Shown here in pieces: positions 35,445-49,104 of a DNA stretch of 64,000 nt. This stretch comes from an uncultured delta proteobacterium (lineage in GTDB: Bacteria > Desulfobacterota > Binatia > Binatales > Binataceae), in the NCBI GenBank assembly GCA_963765675.1, contig CAVXXK010000001.1:704001-768000 (forward strand), read 5' to 3'. Numbering within the stretch: position 1 is the first letter of the stretch; the number at the start of each line of letters is the position of its first letter. The notes beneath the pieces were generated by a model that made no database searches, had not been told where the DNA came from, and saw nothing but the letters and a program-made list of their open reading frames with translations. The position numbers and the translations under genes are program-made.

Positions 35445-38405
35445 CTACTGCTGGCGGGCGAGTTCGGCGGCGAAGTAGCGATCGAAGATCTTGCGGATTC
35501 GCTCGCGGCGCGGAAGGAACTGCGCCAGCATCCGTTCGGATCCATGGGCGCCGCGAAAGCCCATCCGGCGTGCCAGCGGCAACAGCGCGGCCGGGTCGGT
35601 CGGGACCGCCCACGCGGGTTGGTCGCTCTCGATACGGAGCCGGTTCTCGAGCTGGGTCAGAAAGCCGAAGTCTTCCGTCAGATGGACCGCGTCGCTGATC
35701 GTCATCAGGCCAGCATCCGCAAGCGCCGCGATAAGTGCGCGGGTATTTCTGATCGCGAGCGCCGGATACTGATGGGCGTGGCGCAGCGACATCATCTGCG
35801 CCAGGAACTCGACATCGACCAGACCACCGTGCCCCTGCTTGAGGTTGATCCGGCTCTTGTCCTCGGCGCCAATCTCGCGCTCCATCCGCATGCGCATCGC
35901 GGCGATTTCGGCGACCTCTTCGCGCGTGATCGGATGGCTGTAAACGAACTCCCGCCGCGCCGCTTCGACTTCATCTGCGAGTCCGGCGTCACCCGCGACC
36001 ACGCGCCCGCGCACGAGAGCCTGACGCTCCCACACGGCGCTGCTCTGGCGATGGTATTCGCGAAAGCCGTCGATCGAGGTAACCAGTGGGCCCTGGTTTC
36101 CGGAAGGACGCAGGCGCAGATCGAGCTTGTAGGCGTAGCCCTCGCGAGTGCGCGACTCGAGCGTCGCGATCAACCGCTGCGCGATTCGCGAGGCCGCCAT
36201 CCGCCCGCTCCCGCTTTCATCGCCCGCATGGTCGTACACAAAGATCAGGTCGAGGTCCGAGTTGTATGACATCTCGCGGGCGCCAAGCCTGCCCATCGCA
36301 AGGATCACCAACCTCAGCGCGGCCGGGATTGGATGACGCGCCACAACGTCGCCTCGCGCGATCTCGAGCGCAGCGCCGAGGACCGCCTCGGCAAGGTTGG
36401 TGAGCTCGGTTTCAACTTCCGGCACCTCGAGGTCGCCGGCGAGGTCGGCGATCGCGATGCGCAGAAATTCCTGATGGCGGAAGGCGCGCAGTCCGTCGAG
36501 CTTGCTCTCGAAATCGGCATTTGCCGCGACGATTCCGGACACCTCCTGACGCAGATCCGGCAGCTCGCGCCGCCGCCGCGCCAGATCGGATCGCACCAGA
36601 GTATCGAGCATGTCCGGATGGCGAATGAAAACCGTCGAGAGATAACGGCTCGAAGCGAACAGGCTGAGCAATACTCGGCGGGTCGCTGGATGCTGCCCGA
36701 GCAGCGCGAGAAATGAGGTTCGCGCGCCGACCGCCGCGATAAAATCTGCCAGATTCATGATCGCGAGGTCGGGATCGGCAAGCTTGCTCATCTCATCGAG
36801 CAGCGTCGGGCCTATACTCTCGATCAGCTCGCGGCGCCGCGGTGTGACCGAAAGATGTCCGGGGCCGCGCGCAAGCAGTTCCAGATGGCGCGCGCTTGCT
36901 TCCGGCTCAGCGCAACCCAGCGCTTCGAGATACTTCGCCGACTGCGCCGGGTCGAGCGCCGCGGACCACGCCGCCTCTGCGGCAGCGCTCACTGCGTGCG
37001 GCGCGTCGTCGTCGCCGCTGGCAAGAGTGTCGCGGAACTGCGCGGCAACCAGCTCGCGGCATTGCGCGAGCCGGCGCAGGAATTTATCGGCGTCGGCCGC
37101 GCTCTTGCCAAAACCAAGCCGCGCGGCGAGTGCGCGAAGCTCGAGACTTTCGGACGGAAGCGTATGGGTCTGGCGGCCGGCCACGATTTGCAGCTTGTGC
37201 TCGACGTCGCGCAGGAACAGGTACGCGTCGGCCAGCTTGCGCGCGCGCTGCGCGGGCAGATAGCCGAACTCCGCGAGCCGTTCCAGTGCGAGCGTGGTAC
37301 GCGCGGTCCGGATGCGCGGATCGCGTCCGCCATAAATCAGCGTCAGCGATTGCACCACGAATTCGAGCTCGCGAATCCCCCCACGTCCGAGCTTGACATT
37401 GCGCTCGACCATCGCAGCCGAGCGCAGCTCCGCCTCGATCTGGTGCTTCATCGCGCGCAATTGGCCAAGCGTGTCGAAATCGAGATAGCGGCGATAAATA
37501 AAGTTTTCGAGCTCGCCCAAGAGACGCGCTCCGATTTGCGTGTCGCCGGCAACGACGCGCGCACGCAGCAGCGCCGCGCGCTCCCAGGTCTGGCCGAGGC
37601 TCTGATAGAAACCGAGCGCCGCCTCGACGGGCACAACCAGCGAAGAATTGCGCCCGCCGGGGCGCAGGCGCAGATCAACCCGAAACGATCCACCCGCCAG
37701 AATCTCGGTGATCATCTCACCCATCCGCGTCGCGGCAACCGTTGCCGATTGTGGGTCGGCTGCGTCGCTCAAATAAACCAAGTCAATGTCGGAGCTTAAA
37801 TTTAGCTCGCGAGCACCGAGCTTTCCGAGTGCGACGACGCAGAATCTTCCGGTCTCAGCCCCGCGCAAACCCATCAGGCGCCGAGCCGCCGCGTACGCCA
37901 TTTCAATACAATCGTCGGCCAGCTCCGACATCAGGAGCGCGGTGTCCGAGACGGTAATGCGGCGCAGAAGGTCTGCGATCGCGAGGTCAAGAAAGCGGCG
38001 CCGCTTGATGCGCGCGAGTGCCGCGGCGGCGTCCTGACGCGTCGCGGAGTCTATTGTGGCGGGCGCCTTGGTGGTGCGAATCGAATCCGCGGTCGCGACG
38101 CGCGCACGGGAAAAAATCTCAAGCCATCCGGGACCCGCGATTCCGAGCTCGGTCGCGACCAGCTCCGAAGATCCCAGGCAAAAGATCAAATCGCCAGCGA
38201 GCGCTTCGTCGCGCAGCGCCTGTGTCAGCTCGTCTCGCGAATGCTCGGCGAGCTGCAGCAAAAACGCGAGCGCCAATCGCTCGTCGGGCGCGCGCTCCGC
38301 TACTATCGCGGCAGCACGGACGGCGATCCGGGGGTCACCCAGCCGGCGGGCGAGCGTGTCGCCAAGACCGGTCAGTTCAGGGCGCAATCGGCGCTTCGGT
38401 CTCAT
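35445..38405 (-). CDS. glnE: Glutamine synthetase adenylyltransferase/adenylyl-removing enzyme
   Basis: Two NT domains: LGKLGARELNLSSDIDL and MGRLGAREMSYNSDLDL; DLRLRP; KLGRGGIRELEF. Confidence 0.95.
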   Translation of the reverse strand: MRPKRRLRPELTGLGDTLARRLGDPRIAVRAAAIVAERAPDERLALAFLLQLAEHSRDELTQALRDEALAGDLIFCLGSSELVATELGIAGPGWLEIFSRARVATADSIRTTKAPATIDSATRQDAAAALARIKRRRFLDLAIADLLRRITVSDTALLMSELADDCIEMAYAAARRLMGLRGAETGRFCVVALGKLGARELNLSSDIDLVYLSDAADPQSATVAATRMGEMITEILAGGSFRVDLRLRPGGRNSSLVVPVEAALGFYQSLGQTWERAALLRARVVAGDTQIGARLLGELENFIYRRYLDFDTLGQLRAMKHQIEAELRSAAMVERNVKLGRGGIRELEFVVQSLTLIYGGRDPRIRTARTTLALERLAEFGYLPAQRARKLADAYLFLRDVEHKLQIVAGRQTHTLPSESLELRALAARLGFGKSAADADKFLRRLAQCRELVAAQFRDTLASGDDDAPHAVSAAAEAAWSAALDPAQSAKYLEALGCAEPEASARHLELLARGPGHLSVTPRRRELIESIGPTLLDEMSKLADPDLAIMNLADFIAAVGARTSFLALLGQHPATRRVLLSLFASSRYLSTVFIRHPDMLDTLVRSDLARRRRELPDLRQEVSGIVAANADFESKLDGLRAFRHQEFLRIAIADLAGDLEVPEVETELTNLAEAVLGAALEIARGDVVARHPIPAALRLVILAMGRLGAREMSYNSDLDLIFVYDHAGDESGSGRMAASRIAQRLIATLESRTREGYAYKLDLRLRPSGNQGPLVTSIDGFREYHRQSSAVWERQALVRGRVVAGDAGLADEVEAARREFVYSHPITREEVAEIAAMRMRMEREIGAEDKSRINLKQGHGGLVDVEFLAQMMSLRHAHQYPALAIRNTRALIAALADAGLMTISDAVHLTEDFGFLTQLENRLRIESDQPAWAVPTDPAALLPLARRMGFRGAHGSERMLAQFLPRRERIRKIFDRYFAAELARQQ

Positions 38406-38533
38406 CGCATTGAAACGATAACAGACGCGATGGAGGTTTGCGCGGCACCAATCTCGCTTGGCGTGCTGAGGCCGTGCGATGTTAATTTGATCGCGAAGCT
38501 TGTCCGGAACGTATAAGGGAGGATTCTGCGGCG

Positions 38534-39215
38534 ATGATCATTCTATACACCACCGAACGCGATTATCCGTGGGGCACCGTGCGCTCGACCCACGCGTCCA
38601 AGACCAAGGTGATTCTCGAGGAGAAATCGCTGGCTTACCGAATTGAAAATTTGCCGCCGGGAAATCTGTGGAAAAAGCCGCCCGAGATGCTCGCCAAGCA
38701 TCCGCTGGGCAAGGTGCCGTATCTCGAGGACGGCGAGCTGGTGATTTTCGATTCGACCGTGATCAACGAGTACCTGGAAGAGCGCTACCCGTCGCCGCGC
38801 GCTGATGCCTGCCGATCCGATCGCGCGGATGCGCGTGCGCGAGGCCGAGAATTTCGCCGACGAGGCGATTCTAATTGGCAGCCTTCCGCTCATCTGGATG
38901 CCGTACTGGAGCGAGCCGGCCAAGCGCAACGCCGAGCAGATGGAAAAGGGCCGCGAGCTTTTGCGCTCGCGCGATCTGCGGTATTTCGAAAAGCTGCTCG
39001 AGCGGACTGGCGCTGGCGGATATATCTGCGGCGAATTCTCGCTGGCCGACGCGCCGATGATGGCGCTGGCGATGGTGCTCGAAGTGGACGCGATGAAGCT
39101 CGACGAATTTCCTCGGGTCGAGCGCTATCTAAACAACCTTCGCGGACGGAAAAGTTACCGCGCGATAAGCGCGCGCACCAAGGTCGCCGAAGCGGCTGAG
39201 CGCGCGGCGGGCTGA
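38534..39215 (+). CDS. Glutathione S-transferase family protein, apparent frameshift ~38801
   Basis: HPLGKVPYL, FDSTVINEYLEERYP, then shifted LMPADP...GEFSLAD. Confidence 0.8.
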
Positions 39216-39230
39216 GCCGAACGAATCGCG

Positions 39231-40472
39231 CTAGCTGACGCTGACGTGTCGCGTGCTGTGGCCGCGCGCGTGCTTGATGTGGCGCACGTGGCTTCGTTTG
39301 TGGGTGCTGCGTGCAGCGGGGGCGGAGATAGAGGCGTCATCACTCGAATCGGTATCGGAATCGGGAATCACAATCTCGGAGCCGATGCGCAGCTCGCGCG
39401 GACTCGAGAACCCATTGGCCGCCATCAGGGCTCGCGGTGAGACGCCGTACATCTCGCCAATTCTGGACGGAGTATCGCCCTTGCGAATCGTGTAGTTGCG
39501 AGTCGCGGCGATATAAGCCTTTGCGGTTTCGATTCCCGGAAAGTAGGTGTCCTCGTGCCGATGAACCTGCATCGCGGCCAGGAACTCCGCGTAGTAATTT
39601 TTCACTGCGAAGCCAAAGTGCGGACCGCTATATCGGGCGACCATCTTGGAATAGTCGCCGCCGTAGACCTCGGCCGCGCGCGCGGTGCCGCCGGTGCCGT
39701 AGTTGTACGCGGTGATCGCAAGCGGCCAGTTGCCCAGCATGTCGTAGTTGTAGCGCAAGAGCTTGGCAGCGGCTTTAGTCGAGCGGATCGGGTTCAGGCG
39801 ATCGTCGTGATAGCGCGTGATGTGCAGGTATTTCTTGCCGGTCGAGCGCGTGAACTGCCAGATTCCACACGCGCCGGCGCTCGAATGCGCACGCGACTCG
39901 AATCCTGACTCGACCTGCGCCAAGGTCACGAGCTCGGGCGGCAATCCTGCCTCGCTGAAAATTCGCTCCATCGTTGGACGATAGTACCTGCTGCGGAGCA
40001 AGCCTGCGCGGAACTGCTCTCGCAACCCTTCTTGCACGCGCAAATTCTGCGCCGCAAGCGCATACGCGCCCGGACCCTGATCCTTGAAGAGCGCGGCGAC
40101 GCGGCGTTCCTCTGAAGTTTCCGGGGCGTTGCCAGACGCGAGGCGGGAGAGGATGTCACCGTATTTGGACTTCAGATACGCGTTGGCCCAATCAATATCG
40201 TCGCGTGTCGGCTGGCCGATGCCGGGCAGATGAAAGACCTGGTAGATGCGCGAGACGTCGTCACGATCAAGAATAACGAAATCACGCACCGAATAGGTGG
40301 TGAACACGTCGACCCAGAAATTAACGTTGGCCTGGATTCCGGGAGGTTGCGGGAATGGTACCGAGGTCTCCGCGGCAGAGATTCCGGACGTGGAGAGGCC
40401 GACCGCGATTGCGATCCCGATTGCGCCTGCAACTGCCGCTAATGTGCGGCCAATCCCCGCCCTTGCGCGCAA
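39231..40472 (-). CDS. MltD-like lytic transglycosylase with LysM domain
   Basis: LAQVESGF, SSAGACGIWQF, AITAYNYG, YTIRKGDT LysM; GGAGG RBS and TTG start. Confidence 0.9.
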   Translation of the reverse strand: MRARAGIGRTLAAVAGAIGIAIAVGLSTSGISAAETSVPFPQPPGIQANVNFWVDVFTTYSVRDFVILDRDDVSRIYQVFHLPGIGQPTRDDIDWANAYLKSKYGDILSRLASGNAPETSEERRVAALFKDQGPGAYALAAQNLRVQEGLREQFRAGLLRSRYYRPTMERIFSEAGLPPELVTLAQVESGFESRAHSSAGACGIWQFTRSTGKKYLHITRYHDDRLNPIRSTKAAAKLLRYNYDMLGNWPLAITAYNYGTGGTARAAEVYGGDYSKMVARYSGPHFGFAVKNYYAEFLAAMQVHRHEDTYFPGIETAKAYIAATRNYTIRKGDTPSRIGEMYGVSPRALMAANGFSSPRELRIGSEIVIPDSDTDSSDDASISAPAARSTHKRSHVRHIKHARGHSTRHVSVS

Positions 40473-40604
40473 CGCGATTCCTCCTGACGCCTCGTATCGG
40501 GCGCCCGATCCCCATACCGGCTTAGACTGACCGGTATCCTAATATCGATTACAGACACCGGCTCTGATAGTCAACGGATGCCGCCTGCGTGGCGGAGGTA
40601 AATT

Positions 40605-41639
40605 GTGGCAAGGATGCAACAACACAGGACGATCGGGCACCCAGCGATCGGCGCGACCGCTGTCTGCGCTGCGCTATTGCTGCTCGCGGCGCTCCTGACC
40701 GGATGCGGCCGAGGTGATGGCAACACTGCGGGCGCATCGTCACAAAACTCGTTCAAAGTGGCGCTGCTGACGCCGGGTCCGGTCAGCGACGCGGGATGGA
40801 ACGCGGCGGCATTCGACGGTTTGCAGTTGGTCAAGCGGGAACTGGGCGCCGAAACCGCAATGGTGCAAACCCAATCGCCGGCGGATTTCGAGGACGCTTT
40901 CCGCGACTTCGCGCAGCGCGGCTTCACGATCATCTTCGCCCACGGCTTCGAATACACCGACACCGCGTTAAAAGTGGCGAAGCTGTTCCCGAAAACCTGG
41001 TTCATCGTGACCTCGGGCAGTGCGTCATCGTCCAATGTTGCTTCGATCACATTTCGAATCGAAGAAGGTGCGTACGTCGAGGGCGTCATCGCGGGCGGGA
41101 TGACAAAATCGGGCGTGGTCGGCGCGATCGGAGGAATCAAGATTCCCTCAATCGGCGTAACGTTTGAAGGTTTTCGCCTGGGCTTCCTGGCTGCACGTCC
41201 CGACGGCCGTGTGCTGGTCAGCTATACCGGCAGCTTTGACGACGTTGGCGCGGCCAAGGAGGCTGCGCTCGCGCAGGTAAGCCAAGGGGCGGATTTTCTG
41301 ATTCATAACGCGGACGCCGCCGGACTGGGCGTATTCCAGGCCGCCGTGCAATCGCACATTTACGCATTCGGGGTTAATCGCGATCAAAACGGCGTCGCGC
41401 CCGACAACGTACTCGCAAGTACGCTGACGCATATTCCGAAAGCCTTCCTACGCGTCGCTACCGAGATCAAACAGAGCAAGTTCAGGCCCGGGATGATCGA
41501 ATACGGAATGAAAGACGGGATGGTGGAAGTAGTTTACAACCCGCGGCTGGCCGGCAAAATTCCTCCCGCGGTGATGGCGAAAGCGAGGCAGGCGAATCAG
41601 GACATTATTGACGGCAAGATCACCGTTCCGGACCGATAG
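40605..41639 (+). CDS. BMP family (nucleoside-type) substrate-binding lipoprotein
   Basis: Lipobox LTGC; PGPVSDAGWN, HGFEY, YTGSFDD. Confidence 0.9.
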   Translation: MARMQQHRTIGHPAIGATAVCAALLLLAALLTGCGRGDGNTAGASSQNSFKVALLTPGPVSDAGWNAAAFDGLQLVKRELGAETAMVQTQSPADFEDAFRDFAQRGFTIIFAHGFEYTDTALKVAKLFPKTWFIVTSGSASSSNVASITFRIEEGAYVEGVIAGGMTKSGVVGAIGGIKIPSIGVTFEGFRLGFLAARPDGRVLVSYTGSFDDVGAAKEAALAQVSQGADFLIHNADAAGLGVFQAAVQSHIYAFGVNRDQNGVAPDNVLASTLTHIPKAFLRVATEIKQSKFRPGMIEYGMKDGMVEVVYNPRLAGKIPPAVMAKARQANQDIIDGKITVPDR

Positions 41640-41660
41640 CCTGCGACAGTCAATCGCGAT

Positions 41661-42059
41661 TTACTTGCCCCAGCTATCCTGACTCCAGCGGTCGGTGGTG
41701 TCGAAACGGTCCTTGGTCGAGTCCAGCGCGCTCGTCTGGGAAAATTGGTCGGAGGGGCTGAAGCGATCGCCCGATTCACTATCGAGGGTAGAAGTGGAAC
41801 TGAAGCGGTCCGTGTCCGGAAAACTGGACTTCTCGGAAAGCTGATTGTCCTGGGGAAACTGTGTCGCTCCAGCCCAAACCGTTTCGGGGATTTGCGAATC
41901 CAGCGGTCCCTGGCTGGTGGCCTCGGTACTGGTGCTGGCACTCGCTGTGGTCGCGCCGTATTCGCCCATGGTCTGCGCGATCGCCCCAGTAACCATCGCG
42001 GCGACGATAATCGCCGTCATTCCCACCGTCGCTACCAACGCGTACAGGTGCCGCTTCAT
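41661..42059 (-). CDS. Secreted hypothetical protein with D(R/Q)F repeats
   Basis: GGAGG RBS, signal peptide ending AIA-Q, S/T/D-rich repeats. Confidence 0.65.
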   Translation of the reverse strand: MKRHLYALVATVGMTAIIVAAMVTGAIAQTMGEYGATTASASTSTEATSQGPLDSQIPETVWAGATQFPQDNQLSEKSSFPDTDRFSSTSTLDSESGDRFSPSDQFSQTSALDSTKDRFDTTDRWSQDSWGK

Positions 42060-42235
42060 CGGATTGCCTCCCGTGCCTCGACGAGTCTTCCAGATGCATC
42101 CATAATCCTACAGATTGTTAAATCACCTTGCGCGTGCCCAATCAACCACTACCTTCGCGCCGCATCGCACTTGAGCGGGATTGGCTGCCGCGGATAAGCT
42201 CGTGCCAGATGCCGCCTCGCGCGCGCGTCGCAGCG

Positions 42236-43521
42236 ATGGAGCCGGACGAAATCGAAATAGCACCCTTAACCCGGCCGCTCGCGGCGCGGATTGAACTGCC
42301 CGGCTCCAAGAGCATCACCAACCGCGCGATGCTGCTGGCGGCGATGGCGAAAGGCCGCTCGGTGATCGACGCGGCATTGCTCAGCGACGATACGCGCTAC
42401 ATGGCTGACGCTTTGCGCACGCTTGGCTTCGCGGTGGAAATCGAACCCAAAATTCGGCGCATCACGATCGACGGCCAGGGCGGCGCGATCGCGTCGAGCG
42501 GCGCGGACCTGTTCGTCGGCGGCGCGGGCACGGCAATGCGCTTCCTGGTGCCGTTCCTGACGCTTGGGCATGGACGCTTCCGGATCGACGGGAACTCTCG
42601 CATGCGCCAACGGCCGATTGCGCCTCTCGGGCAGGCGATGCAGCGACTGGGCGCGACGATCTATAGCGAGCGCGACAACCGCTGCCCACCGGTTATAGTC
42701 GATACAACGCGCGCAGTGTTCGCCGGGGGCGAGACCTCGATCGACGCGCGCGATTCTTCGCAATTTGTCTCCGCGATGCTGATGCCGGCACCGCTGTGGC
42801 CGCGCGGATTGGTCCTTACGGTGCAAGGCGACGCGGCGCGTCCGTTTATCGCGATGACTCTCGCCTTGATGGAGTCGTGGGGGGCGCGCAGCTCTTCCGA
42901 AGGCGACACGATCACGGTCCCGGGCTGGCAGTCGTATCGCGCGCAGCGATTTTTCGTCGAACCCGACGCGTCTGCCGCAAGCTATTTCGCGGCGGCTGCT
43001 GCGCTATGCGGCGGCAGCGTCACGCTCGAGCGGCTTTCGCGCGACTCGGTGCAGGGCGATATCGCATTTCTCGAGTTGCTCGAGCGGATGGGCGCCCGGG
43101 TCGCATGGGGCACAGACAGCGTCACGATAACCGGCACCGGCGCGCTCGCCGGAATAGATGTTGCGATGAACTCGATGCCGGACATGGTCGCGACGCTCGC
43201 GGCTCTCGCGCCGTTCGCCTCGTCGCCCACGCGCATCCGCAGCGTCGGATTTATCCGCCATCACGAGAGCGACCGGATTCATGCGCTCGCTACCGAGCTC
43301 CGCCGAATCGGCGCCGGAGTCGAGGAATTCGAAGACGGACTCGCGATCACGCCCGCAAAGTTGAGGCCGCATCGATCGAAACCTACGACGATCATCGCAT
43401 AGCGATGAGCTTCGCGATCGCGGGGCTGAAACTCGCGGGCCTTCGAATCAAGAACCCCGCCTGTGTGGCCAAAACCTTCCCCGACTTCTTCGAGCGCCTG
43501 GAAACGCTCCGCATCGGCTGA
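42236..43521 (+). CDS. aroA: EPSP synthase, apparent frameshift ~43367
   Basis: [43 protein letters not shown], then shifted [18 protein letters not shown]. Confidence 0.9.
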
Positions 43522-43535
43522 CGGCTCGGGCGGGT

Positions 43536-44018
43536 TCACGCGTTGCGCGCCGCCAGCAACTTCCCTGCGCGAACTTTCGCGGCGATCTTCGCGACCCGCG
43601 GACTCTCGATGGTATTGTGACGAGGGAGTTTGTCGCCGGGCTTGTACCACTTGATCTGTGACTCGACTCCCCAGTGCGCATCGGGCACGACTCCCCCCGG
43701 ATCATCGAGGCTGCCGATAGTGACCAGAATCCTCTCAGCGTGTTCGATACTTTCGCACGTCAACGGCGAGCCGCATCGCGCACAGAATCCGCGATGAGCA
43801 ATCGGTGAGGACTGGTAGCGCTTGGGCCGGCCACGGGTGAAATGAAAATTTTCTACCGGAAATCCGGCGAAGGTGCCAAATACATTGCCGACGCTGCGCT
43901 GGCACATCCTGCAGTGGCAGTACGCTGCTCCCGAGGGAGCCACGCTCGCCTCGTAGCGCACCGCGCCGCATAGGCATCCGCCTGTCGCCTTCACCTTTCT
44001 GATTTTTCGTGTCGCCAT
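43536..44018 (-). CDS. GFA (CENP-V-like) zinc-binding protein
   Basis: GGCLCGAVRY, CHCRMCQR, RGFCARCGS. Confidence 0.9.
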   Translation of the reverse strand: MATRKIRKVKATGGCLCGAVRYEASVAPSGAAYCHCRMCQRSVGNVFGTFAGFPVENFHFTRGRPKRYQSSPIAHRGFCARCGSPLTCESIEHAERILVTIGSLDDPGGVVPDAHWGVESQIKWYKPGDKLPRHNTIESPRVAKIAAKVRAGKLLAARNA

Positions 44019-44127
44019 TATCGGAGAATAAGAGGGCGCCGCTTCAATTGAAAGTATGCGATTCATTTGAGGTGCGGCGCGAACGGGCAGGATTTTCGCG
44101 CAGCGATAGCGAGAAAATCGTAGCGAG

Positions 44128-44637
44128 TCAGTTTGAGGTTCGATACTTAGCATCATTGCCGTAAGCGTCCAGAAAAGCGGCAATGTCGCGGCGGCTGGTC
44201 AATCTGCAGACCGGCACATCCGGCCCGTGAGAAACTCTAGTCGTCTCAATTATGGGGCGGTTGACCCGGTCAAATTTCCAGATGAACGCCAGTACTTCGG
44301 GGAGTTTGCCTACTCGATGAGCCTCGCCGCGTTTGGACACGCGCGTGATTGCACGCCAAGCGCAGGACAGCCTTGAGCGCTCGAGCCAAATCACCATCGT
44401 CGCGCGAGATAATCGGATATCAAAAGTCGCCAGTGCAAAATTACCGTCGCTGATCCACGCATCAACTGCATGCGCCTTCTTTACTAAGGTCCGGAACGTG
44501 GGGACGTCCTTCGCTTCCCAATGGGACTGCCAAATTTCGTCCAGACAGATAACGGGCGCGCCTGCGCGTTCGCCAAGCTCCCGCGCCAAAGTGGTCTTTC
44601 CACTGCCAGCGCAACCCAGGATGACGATTCGCGCCAT
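44128..44637 (-). CDS. Adenylate kinase-like P-loop protein (FlaR/topology-modulation family)
   Basis: GCAGSGKTT, WISDGNF. Confidence 0.75.
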   Translation of the reverse strand: MARIVILGCAGSGKTTLARELGERAGAPVICLDEIWQSHWEAKDVPTFRTLVKKAHAVDAWISDGNFALATFDIRLSRATMVIWLERSRLSCAWRAITRVSKRGEAHRVGKLPEVLAFIWKFDRVNRPIIETTRVSHGPDVPVCRLTSRRDIAAFLDAYGNDAKYRTSN

Positions 44638-44739
44638 GATTGTCGGCTGCCGCAGGATTTGCGCTAGGTCAATGACTCTCGTTCTTAGGCTGACTCACTA
44701 CCGAAAATCGACACCACCCGGCAGGTGGATGCGCGACGA

Positions 44740-45165
44740 TCAGTGGCCCGCGCGAGGCGAGGAGCCTGATGCGGAGGCGCGGGCGCGGGCTAGCATCAGC
44801 GCGTCTTCCGCGGCGGGATAGTCGGGATCGTAGAAACTCATCGCGGCGATCTTCTGGTCGGCGGCTTGCTCGTCGGCAGCCGCTGCGGCGCGATCGATCG
44901 AGGCCGGAGCTTCTGCGCCACTTGCCAGCACCGTCATCGCGCCATCTTTGACCTCGGCCAGTCCGCCCGAGATTACCCATACTTCCGTTGCACCACCAAC
45001 GCGCTTGATTTCGAGCGCGCCCGGCAGGAGCGAGGTGATGAAGTTGATGTGCTCGGCGAGGACGCCGAACTGCCCGAGCGGCCCGGTCGCGGTGACCTCT
45101 TCGACGTCGCCCTCGAAGACGACGCCGGTGGGAGTTACGAGCTGGAGCGGAAAAGTAGTCGCCAT
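44740..45165 (-). CDS. atpC: ATP synthase F1 epsilon subunit
   Basis: LVTPTG, GQFGVLAEH, ISGGLAEV; follows atpD. Confidence 0.9.
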   Translation of the reverse strand: MATTFPLQLVTPTGVVFEGDVEEVTATGPLGQFGVLAEHINFITSLLPGALEIKRVGGATEVWVISGGLAEVKDGAMTVLASGAEAPASIDRAAAAADEQAADQKIAAMSFYDPDYPAAEDALMLARARASASGSSPRAGH

Positions 45166-45185
45166 CGCCGATTGCCGCTGATGCG

Positions 45186-47514
<2,329 letters not shown>

Positions 47515-47538
47515 CGTCTATACGCCCGCGCGCACCGC

Positions 47539-49089
47539 CTACGCGGCTGTCGCAGATGGCGGAGAATCCTTGGCATGCTCGGCAATGAAGGACTTCTGGT
47601 ACTCGTCGAGCGCGGCTTTAAGCTTGCCGCGCAGCGCGTCGCTGATCTCTTTCTTGTCGCGGATTTCGGTCAGCAGATCCGCGTGGCGCGAGTCGAAATT
47701 CGCATAGAGCCCGTGCTCGAAGGCGCGAATCTGCTCGACCTCGAGCGCGTCGAAATAGCCTTCGTTCGCGGCAAACACGATCAGGACTTCCTTGTCCACG
47801 GTGATCGGATCGTACTGATTCTGCTTCAGCATCTCGGTCAGCCGCGCGCCGCGATTCAGCAGCCGCTGCGAAGCGGGATCGAGGTCGGAGCCGAACTGGG
47901 CGAACGCCGCCATCTCGCGGTATTGCGCGAGGTCGAGCTTGAGCGTGCCGCCGACCTGCTTCATCGCCTTGATCGCGGCAGAGAACATCACGCGTGAAAC
48001 CGAGATCCCAACATTAACGGCGGGCCTCACGTTCGAGTTGAACAGATCCTTGTCGAGCACGATCTGCCCGTCGGTAATCGAGATGACGTTGGTCGGGATA
48101 TAGGCCGAGACGTCGCCTTCCTGGGTTTCGATAATCGGCAGTGCGGTCAGCGAGCCGCCGCCATTTTCCTTGCTCATCTTGGCGGCGCGTTCGAGCAGCC
48201 GTGAATGGAGATAAAACACGTCGCCGGGATACGCCTCGCGTCCGGGAGGACGGCGCAGCAGCAGCGAGAGCTGGCGATAGGCCTGAGCGTGCTTGCTCAG
48301 ATCGTCGTACACCAGCAACGCGTGCTTCCCGTTGTCGCGAAAGTATTCGCCGATCGTGCATCCCGAGTACGGCGCGATAAATTGCAGCGGCGCGGCCTCC
48401 GAGGCGGTCGCCGCGACGATCGTGGTGTATTCGAGCGCGCCGTGACTGGCGAGCTTTTCGACCACTTGCGCGACGGTCGAGCGCTTCTGTCCGATCGCGA
48501 CGTAGATGCACTGCACGCCTTGACCGCGCTGATTGATGATTGTGTCGATCGCGATTGCGGTCTTGCCGGTCTGGCGGTCGCCGATGATCAGTTCGCGCTG
48601 TCCACGGCCGATACAGAGCATCGAGTCGATCGCCTTGATCCCGGTCTGCATCGGCTCTTTGACCGGCGCGCGTGCGATGATTCCCGGCGCCTTGATCTCG
48701 ATTCGGCGCGTCTCGGACGACTTGATCGGTCCCTTGTCGTCGATTGGCTGGCCGAGCGCGTTAACAACCCGCCCAAGCAGCGCGTCGCCTACGGGCACTT
48801 CGGCAATTCGGCCGGTGCGCTTGACCTCGTCGCCCTCGCGAATCTCCTGCGGATCGCCGAACAGAGCGGCGCTGACGTTGTCCTCTTCGAGGTTGAGGAC
48901 GATCCCATAGATCTGATGCGGGAATTCGAGCAGCTCGCCCGAAGCCGCGTTGTCCAGCCCGTAGATTCGCGCGATACCGTCGCCGCAGGAGAGCACGCGG
49001 CCGGTTTCGCGAACGGAAATCTGGCCTTCGAAGCCCTTGATTTCGTTCTTCAGAATCTCGCTGATTTCAGATGGTCGAATGTCCGCCAT
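47539..49089 (-). CDS. atpA: ATP synthase F1 alpha subunit
   Basis: [31 protein letters not shown]. Confidence 0.98.
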   Translation of the reverse strand: MADIRPSEISEILKNEIKGFEGQISVRETGRVLSCGDGIARIYGLDNAASGELLEFPHQIYGIVLNLEEDNVSAALFGDPQEIREGDEVKRTGRIAEVPVGDALLGRVVNALGQPIDDKGPIKSSETRRIEIKAPGIIARAPVKEPMQTGIKAIDSMLCIGRGQRELIIGDRQTGKTAIAIDTIINQRGQGVQCIYVAIGQKRSTVAQVVEKLASHGALEYTTIVAATASEAAPLQFIAPYSGCTIGEYFRDNGKHALLVYDDLSKHAQAYRQLSLLLRRPPGREAYPGDVFYLHSRLLERAAKMSKENGGGSLTALPIIETQEGDVSAYIPTNVISITDGQIVLDKDLFNSNVRPAVNVGISVSRVMFSAAIKAMKQVGGTLKLDLAQYREMAAFAQFGSDLDPASQRLLNRGARLTEMLKQNQYDPITVDKEVLIVFAANEGYFDALEVEQIRAFEHGLYANFDSRHADLLTEIRDKKEISDALRGKLKAALDEYQKSFIAEHAKDSPPSATAA

Positions 49090-49104
49090 AAATGAGTTTT
49101 CCGC

